64,000 nucleotides of DNA from an uncultured Poribacteria bacterium (GCA_951813565.1 OX638351.1:5024001-5088000), one strand, 5' to 3'. Positions 49,966 to 60,195 are shown, counted from the stretch's first letter. Notes: generated by a model not told the origin, from the sequence alone. Program-made: numbers and translations.

Positions 49966-50985
49966 CTATTTCTTTAGCGTTCCCCACGTTACTTTTTTTT
50001 TGCCTTGCGGGGTAGCAGAAAGCACATCATCGCTGATCCAATCCAACGAAGGATTCAACCATGTTTGTTCTGATAACCGGGTGATGCGTCCTGTAGCAAT
50101 ATTATATTTATAGAGATGGTAAGGATGCACCAAACCTTCTACCGGAACATTTAATTCTACTTCCCTTGCACTGAATAGAATGGATTTACCGTTATCCATC
50201 CAGTCAAGCGCGCTCGGGAAATACGTCTTCGGTATCAGCAGTTGCTTGGATTGATGTGTGAATAGATCGTAAATAAAATAACGGTTTGCCTGTGGAATGA
50301 AACCGACATTTGGATTAAATTTTGATTCATACTGGCCATATAGTATCTGTTTTCCGTTTGGAGACCATCTGGCATAGCCACCCCGGTTAATCAATACCTC
50401 CCCCAGCGGTAGTTGTGGTAGCAATTCGCGCGGATGTCCGCCATCGGCATCCATGATCCATAGATTACTTCCTGTCTTTCCCAAAACCGGAATATCAGAA
50501 AAAACAATCTGCTTGCCGTCGGGAGACCAGTCGGGAAAGTTTACACCGAAATCGGCGATCTTTTTTATCTTACCACTAACCAAGTCAATAACATTGACAC
50601 TTCGTTTGAGTTCGTTATCTATTCTCTCACTTCTACCAAACAGAACAGACGTGCCATCCGGAGAAAATACGGGTTTCGAATCCTTCGCCCCTCGTGTCAA
50701 GAGACGTTCATTTGTGCCATCTGCGTTTATGACAACAATCTGTCTCCGATCCCAATTACCTGGTTTCAGAAATCTTGCAAAAACAATATGTTTACCATCG
50801 GGGGACCAGCGCGTGGCAGTAGGGTATCGCGTATCAATGAGTATCGTGGTGATCCCTGTGCCATCATCCTCCATCACGGAGATGCTCTTAACTTCTTCCG
50901 CTATGTATGATACAACAACGATCTTTGCGGTTACCGCTGTGGCAATCAGCAGAAGCAAGCAGAGTGTGAATACCAGTATTCGCAT
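49966..50985 (-). CDS. Secreted TolB-like (PD40) beta-propeller, cassette 1
   Basis: AAGGAG RBS before MRILVF, WSPDG repeats, C-terminal ATPQGKKKVTWGTLKK. Confidence 0.85.
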   Translation of the reverse strand: MRILVFTLCLLLLIATAVTAKIVVVSYIAEEVKSISVMEDDGTGITTILIDTRYPTATRWSPDGKHIVFARFLKPGNWDRRQIVVINADGTNERLLTRGAKDSKPVFSPDGTSVLFGRSERIDNELKRSVNVIDLVSGKIKKIADFGVNFPDWSPDGKQIVFSDIPVLGKTGSNLWIMDADGGHPRELLPQLPLGEVLINRGGYARWSPNGKQILYGQYESKFNPNVGFIPQANRYFIYDLFTHQSKQLLIPKTYFPSALDWMDNGKSILFSAREVELNVPVEGLVHPYHLYKYNIATGRITRLSEQTWLNPSLDWISDDVLSATPQGKKKVTWGTLKK

Positions 50986-51049
50986 AATAACACTCCTTAT
51001 ACTTTGTGGAAGGGGCTCTAAAACCCCTTCCAAATAAATGCCGAAAAGA

Positions 51050-51850
51050 TCAATTGTGTTCGCAATCTAAGGTATTTATAAGTAAATAATCGTCGGTTCC
51101 ATTGTTACCGCCCACCTTGAGACGGACGTATGCTTCACCAGTGTATTCCGTACCCTGCCAACCACCCGACAGTGTTATACCTTGAGAACCTGGATCACGA
51201 AAGGATCTTTTTCCATCCTCACCCCTTATTTCGCCAGCATTAGGATTCCAATCTTTATTTTCTTTTCCTGCTATATCGGGGAAAGAAGCTTTATACTCAG
51301 TCCCCACATCAACCGTGCCATCGGCTTTTTCTCCATTATGATATGCGGTGGCCCAGTAGTCAAATGACATATACCCGGACGCATAGTCATAAGTATGCTT
51401 GCTAATTTGCACATATCCATCCACGAAGAGAAGGTGTTGGACACCATCAGGGGTAGATTTGGAGATCGGCGCATAGATTGTCAATTCGTAGGAGTCATTG
51501 TCAGAGAGATAATTCGCGTTCTCGTCTATATGCCAAGCGACTGCCTTTATTGTGTAATCAGCACCTGATATATCACCTGACAAGGTGGGGTAGCACGTCG
51601 CGTTGGTCTCGTTCCCCGATAGCAGACTCGTATATTCATATACGACGTTCCCATCTTTATCCTCTACAGACCAGTCCACATAGTTAATGCCTTCATCTGT
51701 TGTTATATACGCGTAGCAATAGGCACCATCTCCCCAATCATCAGCTCCGGCTGCTGTCATCCAAGTAATCTCAATAGCATGACTATTGATAACAAAGCAC
51801 AGGGAACAGAGCATCGCCACTGCCATGCCGATTGATTTCAATCTTAACAT
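51050..51850 (-). CDS. Secreted acidic beta-rich hypothetical protein, cassette 1
   Basis: AAGGAG RBS, signal peptide ending SHA. Confidence 0.8.
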   Translation of the reverse strand: MLRLKSIGMAVAMLCSLCFVINSHAIEITWMTAAGADDWGDGAYCYAYITTDEGINYVDWSVEDKDGNVVYEYTSLLSGNETNATCYPTLSGDISGADYTIKAVAWHIDENANYLSDNDSYELTIYAPISKSTPDGVQHLLFVDGYVQISKHTYDYASGYMSFDYWATAYHNGEKADGTVDVGTEYKASFPDIAGKENKDWNPNAGEIRGEDGKRSFRDPGSQGITLSGGWQGTEYTGEAYVRLKVGGNNGTDDYLLINTLDCEHN

Positions 51851-52215
51851 TTTTCTCTCCTTGTAAGGTAATATGCTTTTGTAGCATATCGTAGTGTTTA
51901 TCGGGTTCCCTATCCTTGTTCGGTAGACCTTCCACCGCTTAGTAAAGATTTGGGCACCCTTACAACTAAACTATGATTCTTTACATAGTATTAGAAAGGG
52001 CACCTATATTGAAATCAATGTTTTGGCTATAACCAAGATTATACAACAAATTCCGAACCTATGCAAAATGCTTAACATGGATTTCCAAAACAACGATATA
52101 TGATACCCTTCATAATGTTAAGACACAGTATTAAGTTGCAAAGGGGGCATTCCACAAAAAAAATGAAATTAGGAAAATAAACAGATTCTAATATGCACTT
52201 CTGTTTTCAAAAACT

Positions 52216-53184
52216 TTATTCGGAGGCTGTTATCAACCGATACAACTGCGGCACGGTAACAGAAAAATCGCCAGAAATGTGGTAACTCTTCCCACCATCC
52301 TTGACAGTGCGAATAAGAATTGTCTTTTTAGGGCGGTGATAGTAATGCGAATCGGTGGGTTTACCTTCCTCCTGAAAATCTGGAAAATCAATCAAATCGA
52401 AATTAGCGGTGGTGAAATGCCGAATTTCTTCACCTCGTTGTGTAGCAATGTTCCGCGCCATAGATAGGCTTTTGAGGTAGACCTCAGGTCCCATCACAGC
52501 AGAACCTAAGTTCAGGAAAACGCCACCTTCCAATTGCGAAACAGTGTGCACAAATCGGAGAAAATCCTCCCCCGTTGTCCAACCGATAGCGGCATAATCC
52601 GCAGCAGGATGCTGATCGGTTATATCGTAGCCAATACCTTTGTGAACGGTTATCGGCACACCTAATCGGAACGCTGCAGCAAATATGCTCACATCACGGT
52701 GTGGAAAAGAGATGTCCTCTTCTCCTTCTTGGATCAATCTGCCAATTGCCTCTCCAAAACCGATTTTATCTTTGTAGCCTCTAACGATAGCTTCGTTCAG
52801 ATAGCGTCCCGTTTCTTCCCAATTGCCAAACTTTCCATCCTTTATATACATCTCCACATCTTCAAGTGTTGCGCCGATGTGTGCCATTTCAAAATCGTGG
52901 ATAGCACATGCACCATTAGTTGCTATATGTGTTATTATTCCGCGTTCCATCAGATCAATGATGTAACGGGAGTTGCCACGCCGCATCACGTGCGCACCCA
53001 TCATCCAGATAACCTGTTTCTTGTTTTGGCGTGCTTGGACAATACGTTCAGCAACGATGTTTAGCCGTTCATTTTGATATGGAGGCGTTTCAGCATCTAA
53101 GGTATAGATGTCTGCCACGGTCATCTTGTGTTGGCGTTCAGAGAGCGGCAAGATTCTAAGGCGAGAGCGATTAAATTGTGACAT
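52216..53184 (-). CDS. Conserved protein, deoxyhypusine-synthase-like NAD-binding fold
   Basis: MMGAHV, ATNGACAIHDFE, IGYDITDQHP, GSAVMGPEVYLK. Confidence 0.6.
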   Translation of the reverse strand: MSQFNRSRLRILPLSERQHKMTVADIYTLDAETPPYQNERLNIVAERIVQARQNKKQVIWMMGAHVMRRGNSRYIIDLMERGIITHIATNGACAIHDFEMAHIGATLEDVEMYIKDGKFGNWEETGRYLNEAIVRGYKDKIGFGEAIGRLIQEGEEDISFPHRDVSIFAAAFRLGVPITVHKGIGYDITDQHPAADYAAIGWTTGEDFLRFVHTVSQLEGGVFLNLGSAVMGPEVYLKSLSMARNIATQRGEEIRHFTTANFDLIDFPDFQEEGKPTDSHYYHRPKKTILIRTVKDGGKSYHISGDFSVTVPQLYRLITASE

Positions 53185-53208
53185 TATTTTGGGATTGTGT
53201 AGTAAGGT

Positions 53209-56200
53209 CTATGCTGCAAACTTGGCTGAAACAATTTTCGACATACCCGCTTGCTCCATCGTCACGCCGTACATCACATCGGATATCTCCATAGTGCGCC
53301 TATTATGCGTGATAATCACGAACTGCGTATTATCCGAATATGCACGAATAAGATTTGTGAAACGTAGTACGTTTGCTTCATCAAGGGCAGCATCTACTTC
53401 GTCAAGGACACAGAAGGGGCTTGGCTTGATTTTGAAAACAGCGAACAACAATCCAATTGCAACAAGCGAACGTTCACCACCAGAAAGTTGGGTAATACTT
53501 TGTGGTCGTTTTCCAGGCGGGCAAGCGATAATATCAATACCAGATTCAAGGATATTTGATTCATCTGTCAAGCGCAATTCTGTTTCGCCTCCGCCAAAGA
53601 GTTGAGTAAATACCTCTTGGAAGTTAATCTTAACCTGCTCAAACGTTTTGAGGAACACACCTCGTGAAGTTTCGTTGATTTTCTGAATTGCTTGATTGAG
53701 GTCTTGTATTGATTGCTGAACATCATCACGATCTCGCACGAGAGAATCCAATCGCTTCTTGTATTCCTCATGTGCTTCAATTGCCTTAAGGTTGACTGCC
53801 CCCATAGCCGAGATTTCCGCCTTCAATTTTTCAATGTTATCCATCACGTCAATTTCATCAAGTTCTGAAATGGCTGGCACAGAAGATTGTTCCTCGTCTT
53901 CAGATACTTCATCTTGCACCATCGGTTTAGGAATTTCATCAATTGAAACTTGATATTTATCAAGGATGCGGGTTGAGATGGATTTTAATTGCATCTCAAA
54001 TTGCGTTGTTTTCACTTCAAGTTGATTCCGTGTGCGATTTTGCTTTTCAAACTTTTTCTGAATGTCGCGCCTCTCTTTTTCAAGCGTTTCGATCTGCCCA
54101 GAGACCGTTTCATGTTCTTCGGTTAACTCATCTTTTTTTGCTTCTGCTTCAGCCTGGTCCCCCGCAATTCGTAGGAATTTGCGTTGTGTCTCTCTAATCT
54201 GATCAGCGATGTCATGTTTAGTTTGTTCATCAGAGTCAATAATTGCTTGTTGTTCATCAATATTCTGCTCTATTTGAAGTTGTTGTTCATCAAAGTTATC
54301 AAGCTCAGTTGTTAAGCTTTCCAATTTCTGTCGTTGTCCTGCCAAAAAGACTTCCATCTCCTGGCATTCCGCAGCTACTTCTTCTCGTTTATTCTCTTCA
54401 TTTTCAATGTCTTCAGATATCCGCTGAATCCTACGTTCTGTTCTGGTATGTTTTTTGGTGAGTTCTTCAATTTCTACATCAAGGGTCTGCTGTACCCCAC
54501 GTGAAAGATCTACCGTTTCTTGAAAATGTCTATTATCAGTTTCAACTTCAGCGAGTTGTGTTTCAAGGCGTGTAATGTTTTGGTCCGCCAGCTCAATATC
54601 CTTTGTTATGGCAGCTTTTCCAATCTGTTTGTCTTGCAATTGACCAGTGAGTGTTTTTCTGGATTGTTCTGCATTGGCAATTGCCGCAGCGTATGCTTTA
54701 CGTTTTTCATCCTTCTGACTGACAATTTGTTGTAGTTTGCCGATCTTGGTTTGCAACGCATCAAGTTCGCTTGCACGGCTGAGGAGTCCACTTTTCTGTT
54801 GAGCAGTGTGCCCGCCAGTGATAGCCCCCGAAGTATCGAATAATTCACCATCCAAGGTAACCAAACGGGCGTTTGGTTTGAATTTACGTTTCAGTGCAAC
54901 TGCATCATCCATATTTTCAACGATGAGTGTGTTACCCAACAGTTGTTGAACCACAGTCTGGTATTTGTCATCATAATCCACTAATTCTTCTGCAATACCG
55001 ATGACCCCTGGCTCGTAAAGAAGTCCAGCATCAGAGAACGTTCTGCGTCGTAACATATCAAGCGGTAGGAATTTGACCCTGCCTGCGCGATGTTTTTTGA
55101 GAAATGAGATGCCAGCAACAACGTCTTCAGCAGTTTCGGTGACAACATTTTGTATACTACTACCAAGCGCAATCTCTATGGCGACTTCAAATTCGGCATC
55201 CGTGTGGATAAGTTCTGCTACAACACCACAAATTCCACCGAATTGCTCTGGAAAGTGGTCTTTTGCTTGCATAATTGCGCGTACACCTGCGTAGAAACCT
55301 TCATACGCGGATTGTAATTGCTCTAATGATTTATACCGCGAAAGACTACCGCCTAAGTTATCTTCTATTCCGCGTATTTCAGATTCAATTTTTCGAAGCG
55401 CGTCCTGAGTTTCGTTGAGTGTCGTTTCAACCCGTTTTTTCTCCGTCCCAATCTGAAGCAATTCAGCCTCTAATTGGGTCGCTGCACGTTGAATTTCTTC
55501 GCGATCATCTGTAGCAGTTTTTAGCTCCGCTTTCAAAGCATTAGAATTTTCTTTAAGTCGGTCAAGGCTGCTTTCCGTGCTCGTTAGTTTAGTTGCAATT
55601 GTTAAGCGTTTGTTCTTGCGTTCGGAAAGTTGCGCAGCAATCTCTTGCAACTCAGATTGCACCTCTTGGATAGTCTTCCTTGATTTTTCAATACTTGAGG
55701 CGTATGTCTCTAAAACTTGTTGGCGTCCAGTTAATCGGGTCTCTTCAATCTTGAGTGATGCATCAAGTCTTTTCTGTTCTTGCGTTCGTTCTTGTTTCCG
55801 TGTTTGTAGGTTTGCGTGCTGTACATTTAAGGATTCAAGAGTCTGTTGCGCTCGTTGTTTCTGCTGTTGAATATTCAACTGATTTTCTTTATAAATAGCA
55901 AGCTGTCGTTCAATCTTATCTACTTGTTCTTCAATCTCACGTATTTCTTCCTGGGCAACGGTGATTGCAGTATCTAATTCAGTTCGTCTGACAGTTGCGT
56001 TTTCAATCCCTTCTTCCGCTTCTTGTAAGATCTGATTTGCGTCAGAAACCTCGTTCAAAATTGCCGCTAAGTTATTTTGCGTTTCACGATAATCTGTATC
56101 AAGTTTTTCGTATTCTCGATAAGCTAATTCTAAATCTAATTGTCGGAGTTGTTCATTTAACGATTGCAAATGTTCAGCTTGTTCAGCTTGCTCTCTCAAA

Positions 56201-56811
56201 GATTCGGTTTCGCGTTGTAATTCTTGAATAACATCATTGATACGAACCAAATTCTGATCCGCCTCTTTTAATTTTTGGATAGCGGTTTTTTTGCGGTGTT
56301 TGAATTTTGTTATACCCGCAACTTCATCAAAGAGAAAGCGGCGTTCCTCTGGACGCACGTTGAGAATCAGGTCAATTTTGCTCTGCTCCATAACGGAGTA
56401 GGCATCAACACCGACACCAGTATCCATAAAGAGGTCACTAATATCGCGTAGTCGGCAAGACGTTTGATTGATAAGATAACTGCTCTCGCCGTCGCGTGTA
56501 AGTTGTCTGCGGACTTCTACTTCAGGCGAACCGATAGAAAGGTTTTCAGATATGTTGGTAAAGGTCAGCGCGACACTTGCTCTTTGAGAAGGACTAAAAT
56601 TAGCACCACCGTTGAATAGGAGGTCGCGCATATTGGTACACCGAAGGGCACGGGCACTCTGTGTCCCAAGTACCCACCGAATTGCATCAGAGACGTTACT
56701 TTTTCCACAGCCGTTCGGACCAACTATTGTTGTAATCCCCGGCTCCAGTATCAGTTCAACTTCTTCGGCGAAACTCTTGAATCCATTGATTTTGATGCTA
56801 TTTAAGTGCAA
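53209..56811 (-). CDS. smc: Chromosome segregation protein SMC
   Basis: GFKSF, GPNGCGKSN, coiled coils, hinge GRVKFLPL, LSGGE, LDEVDAALD. Confidence 0.98.
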   Translation of the reverse strand: MHLNSIKINGFKSFAEEVELILEPGITTIVGPNGCGKSNVSDAIRWVLGTQSARALRCTNMRDLLFNGGANFSPSQRASVALTFTNISENLSIGSPEVEVRRQLTRDGESSYLINQTSCRLRDISDLFMDTGVGVDAYSVMEQSKIDLILNVRPEERRFLFDEVAGITKFKHRKKTAIQKLKEADQNLVRINDVIQELQRETESLREQAEQAEHLQSLNEQLRQLDLELAYREYEKLDTDYRETQNNLAAILNEVSDANQILQEAEEGIENATVRRTELDTAITVAQEEIREIEEQVDKIERQLAIYKENQLNIQQQKQRAQQTLESLNVQHANLQTRKQERTQEQKRLDASLKIEETRLTGRQQVLETYASSIEKSRKTIQEVQSELQEIAAQLSERKNKRLTIATKLTSTESSLDRLKENSNALKAELKTATDDREEIQRAATQLEAELLQIGTEKKRVETTLNETQDALRKIESEIRGIEDNLGGSLSRYKSLEQLQSAYEGFYAGVRAIMQAKDHFPEQFGGICGVVAELIHTDAEFEVAIEIALGSSIQNVVTETAEDVVAGISFLKKHRAGRVKFLPLDMLRRRTFSDAGLLYEPGVIGIAEELVDYDDKYQTVVQQLLGNTLIVENMDDAVALKRKFKPNARLVTLDGELFDTSGAITGGHTAQQKSGLLSRASELDALQTKIGKLQQIVSQKDEKRKAYAAAIANAEQSRKTLTGQLQDKQIGKAAITKDIELADQNITRLETQLAEVETDNRHFQETVDLSRGVQQTLDVEIEELTKKHTRTERRIQRISEDIENEENKREEVAAECQEMEVFLAGQRQKLESLTTELDNFDEQQLQIEQNIDEQQAIIDSDEQTKHDIADQIRETQRKFLRIAGDQAEAEAKKDELTEEHETVSGQIETLEKERRDIQKKFEKQNRTRNQLEVKTTQFEMQLKSISTRILDKYQVSIDEIPKPMVQDEVSEDEEQSSVPAISELDEIDVMDNIEKLKAEISAMGAVNLKAIEAHEEYKKRLDSLVRDRDDVQQSIQDLNQAIQKINETSRGVFLKTFEQVKINFQEVFTQLFGGGETELRLTDESNILESGIDIIACPPGKRPQSITQLSGGERSLVAIGLLFAVFKIKPSPFCVLDEVDAALDEANVLRFTNLIRAYSDNTQFVIITHNRRTMEISDVMYGVTMEQAGMSKIVSAKFAA

Positions 56812-56920
56812 AGGTAATCTCCTACCAAAATAAAGCGTGTTTTCTTACATAATTATAACTTAACGTTGTGTTGTCGTATACTTAACCTACTTTTTATACG
56901 AAAAAAATCTCAAAAAGGTT

Positions 56921-57658
56921 TCATACAGGGTCTAAAGCCCGTGCTAAAGTTAACACATCTATTTCAACTGGGTCGGCATTCCATAAGACTTTTACTGCCT
57001 CATGCACAGTAGCACCAGTGGTGTATACATCGTCCAGAACAAGTATACGTTTGTTCTGCGCAACCTTTTTCTTCTGTAGTTCAAAAGCACCAACAATATT
57101 TGTTTGACGTGCTGCTCTATCCAAGCTGCTCTGCGGTGACGTGTTCCGATGCCGAACCAGAACGTCTGTTACAACTTGAACTCCCGTGGTCTTGGCAATT
57201 CCGTTCGCAAGTAAAGTTGCTTGGTTAAAGCCGCGTTCCCGCAACCGCTTTTTATGAATAGGAATTGGTAAAATAAAGTCGTATTCTGCGATATTGCAGT
57301 CATCGGGAAAATGTTCTATTGTCAATTGGGTAAGCGGTTTGGCGAGTGCTGTTCGCTTCTCAAACTTAAAAAGGTGCATCGCCTGCTGGAGTGCTGCTTC
57401 ATAGAAAGCAATCGTCCGTAATTTTCCGTAAGGTGGCGGTTTGCTCACACATTCATCACAGACATCTTCAGTATTTGGGATGCCGCACATTTCACAACAA
57501 GGCGGTTCAATTAACGGCATATCATGCCAGCATGTTTCACACATATAAGGCACAGATTCAAGTCCGATTTGCTTTTCACAAACTTGACATTGTGCAGGAT
57601 AGAGAAACGTGATTGCTGTTTCGAGTGTTTGTTGGAGGATATTTGGTCGTACTTGCAT
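56921..57658 (-). CDS. comF: ComF-family protein (double zinc ribbon + phosphoribosyltransferase)
   Basis: CxxC pairs, RGFNQ, LDDVYTTGAT. Confidence 0.9.
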   Translation of the reverse strand: MQVRPNILQQTLETAITFLYPAQCQVCEKQIGLESVPYMCETCWHDMPLIEPPCCEMCGIPNTEDVCDECVSKPPPYGKLRTIAFYEAALQQAMHLFKFEKRTALAKPLTQLTIEHFPDDCNIAEYDFILPIPIHKKRLRERGFNQATLLANGIAKTTGVQVVTDVLVRHRNTSPQSSLDRAARQTNIVGAFELQKKKVAQNKRILVLDDVYTTGATVHEAVKVLWNADPVEIDVLTLARALDPV

Positions 57659-57826
57659 TAGACGTCGTCATTTCCTTTATTTATACCATTTCTAAATCAT
57701 CGGTTTTCATTAACCAAAAACGCGTTCGTAGTCGCGCAATTCATCGCGCCTCTTACATTCTTCATCAGCAGTTCCCCAAACCCGTTATGATATTATATGA
57801 TGCATCTCGCTACTACTGGGTCAAAG

Positions 57827-58246
57827 TTAGGGTCTAACAATGCGTTCCTGTTTGAGTGTTTGAATCTCCTGCAGTAAGTTTTCAATCTGTTTATGTAGTG
57901 ATTCTATTCGTTGATCTTGTTCTTTGATGTTTTTTCCCTGCATTGCGATGATGATTTGGGGTATGCCAACTATCGCAGCAATAAAAGCGATTAGAGTGAT
58001 TACCAACACAAATATGTTATTCAGACGTTTGTCCATTTCCGTAATTGTATTATTCACCGGACGAATCTCACTTTTAATCTCTTGAGAGATATATTCTTTC
58101 ATACGTTTTTCAGATGCTTCAACTGCTTTTTCAACTTCCTCTTTCACAACTAACCGGATCTTGTTCAGGTCCGCATCCGTTACTTGACTGTCCGCAGTTA
58201 AACTAAAGAAAAATAATCCAACGATTAAAATCAGCATTAATTTCAT
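57827..58246 (-). CDS. Hypothetical coiled-coil membrane protein
   Basis: Signal peptide MKLMLIL after GAGGA, coiled coil, one TM helix. Confidence 0.65.
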   Translation of the reverse strand: MKLMLILIVGLFFFSLTADSQVTDADLNKIRLVVKEEVEKAVEASEKRMKEYISQEIKSEIRPVNNTITEMDKRLNNIFVLVITLIAFIAAIVGIPQIIIAMQGKNIKEQDQRIESLHKQIENLLQEIQTLKQERIVRP

Positions 58247-58323
58247 CTCTATATCCTCATAAGCAAATTTGGAACCTATTTTCCATACAATTTTAACAGA
58301 AGTTGGCGGTGAGTGCAACCGTA

Positions 58324-59964
58324 TTACAAGGGAAAGAATACTCCCCTACAATGGTCTTGAATCCCATACCATTTCAGGTGCCAATTGCCAATTCTTGTTT
58401 TAGGTCTTGAAACAGTAAAATGTTCCCCTTCTTTAGGTAGGTACTTTCTTTCTTTCAACCAATCTATTGTTGATTGAAGGTTATCTGTCGCTTTTAACTT
58501 TTCTATGAGATGGTTAGCTCGGATAACGGGAACATCTGACGATTGGACATTGCTATATCCAATCCAATTTTCCGAAACAACGGCTCCTTCAAGTCTGTAA
58601 CCTGAATCAATGTTGAGTCTTTTTAATAAAGATTCGTGATTATCCGCAAAAGCTTGTTTCAGTTTCAGAATCTGCGAAATGCCTTCCTTAATCTCTTTAG
58701 ATTTATGAATACGTTCTTGTGCTGTTGTCGGTGCAATAAACCATTTTAGTTCTAAAAGTAAACATGCTTTTTCGGAATGACTTACAATGGCGAGGTCAAC
58801 ATCTGTTAAGTTTGCTACATTTCCCGAATAAGATTTAAAATCTGTATCAGATAATCGGGTCTTAATACACTCTTTCATTAGATATTCTTTTTCATTAACA
58901 TATTTTTGATAGATCCCTTTTTCAGAGGGAAGCCTATTTACGAGGGAAATAAAATTTCGCTCCGCTGCAGAACAAATCCATATATTAGGCACAATTGCGT
59001 AGTGCTTTAGATTTAGTTTAATTAAAGGTTGTAAAGCAGGGACAGGACTTGTAATACCGCTATTTCCATAAGTCAAATCATCAAGAACGCTTTGTACGTC
59101 TATAGGTGACATACCAGAATATCTAGCAACAGTCCTAATCAATTTACCGTAGGTCATCATGTAAAGACTATCAACATAACCCTTATGAATAACCCCTTGT
59201 TTCGCAGCCATTTTATGTGCTTTCCAGTGAATATGGGCTATAGCACAAATTACTTCAAAAACCTTTCGAAATTCACCCAGCGTGTAACGGCTAAATTCCC
59301 ACCAACTTGGCAATAAAAACATTCTATCAAGAAAAGGTTTCAGGTACGTTTTCATATCAGAAACCATATTTTCGTTGAATTCATAGCGAAATCTATTCCC
59401 TTCTATCTTTAAAGATTGTTGAATTGCTTGGATTGCCAGGATTGGCAAATTCTCATAATTCAGAGCATGTAATGCTTCTTCAGGTTCACGCGGATCAATT
59501 AAGATATTATAAGCTTCGTACTCTATACTGTCGAAAAAATCACCTGTTGGTTGAATAGTTGATCCTTGGAATTCCAAGTCAAGTACCCTATCCTTGCCAC
59601 TGGCACATGTATATGCAAACATGAACCAGTCGTATTTCTGACTTAACTCAAATAAATCCTTTGATGCTTTGTAAAGATCGTTATCCCTTGCAAAGGGAAT
59701 TTGTCCACTTTGTTCGCACTCACGGTAAATCCAAGTCATAGCATGCTCAATTTCTGTAATGAAATCACTGCCAAGGTTGTGAATATCTTGTACGCTACTA
59801 ACTCCACCTCTTTGCTCATTTAGCATATACTCTTCGGCATACGCTAACAAATGCCATGCCGCAGTCGTAAACGGTTGTGTGAGAAGTGGATTAGATTTAT
59901 AGTAGTTATCTATCTCTTTTTCTACTTTTCGCAATTCGGGTGAAACGCTATCTGTACTACTCAT
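58324..59964 (-). CDS. Hypothetical protein with C-terminal PD-(D/E)xK-like motif
   Basis: 546-aa ORF; E...DVDLAIV...LLLELKW. Confidence 0.6.
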   Translation of the reverse strand: MSSTDSVSPELRKVEKEIDNYYKSNPLLTQPFTTAAWHLLAYAEEYMLNEQRGGVSSVQDIHNLGSDFITEIEHAMTWIYRECEQSGQIPFARDNDLYKASKDLFELSQKYDWFMFAYTCASGKDRVLDLEFQGSTIQPTGDFFDSIEYEAYNILIDPREPEEALHALNYENLPILAIQAIQQSLKIEGNRFRYEFNENMVSDMKTYLKPFLDRMFLLPSWWEFSRYTLGEFRKVFEVICAIAHIHWKAHKMAAKQGVIHKGYVDSLYMMTYGKLIRTVARYSGMSPIDVQSVLDDLTYGNSGITSPVPALQPLIKLNLKHYAIVPNIWICSAAERNFISLVNRLPSEKGIYQKYVNEKEYLMKECIKTRLSDTDFKSYSGNVANLTDVDLAIVSHSEKACLLLELKWFIAPTTAQERIHKSKEIKEGISQILKLKQAFADNHESLLKRLNIDSGYRLEGAVVSENWIGYSNVQSSDVPVIRANHLIEKLKATDNLQSTIDWLKERKYLPKEGEHFTVSRPKTRIGNWHLKWYGIQDHCRGVFFPL

Positions 59965-60195
59965 AATAAACCTTCTTTACCTCAACTCCCCAACCCCATA
60001 CGATACTTGATGCCATAGTTGATGCAAAACACTCATAAAGGAAATTAGCGTTATTTTCTTCCCAATGTTCTTAGAATGTCAGTCATACTATTTTACCAAA
60101 AGTTAACACATTATGCAAGTTGTCAAAAAAGATGAAAATCTATTTGAAATCTGCAAAAAATTATGTTACAATTCAAAATCAAACAGGAGGAAAAT

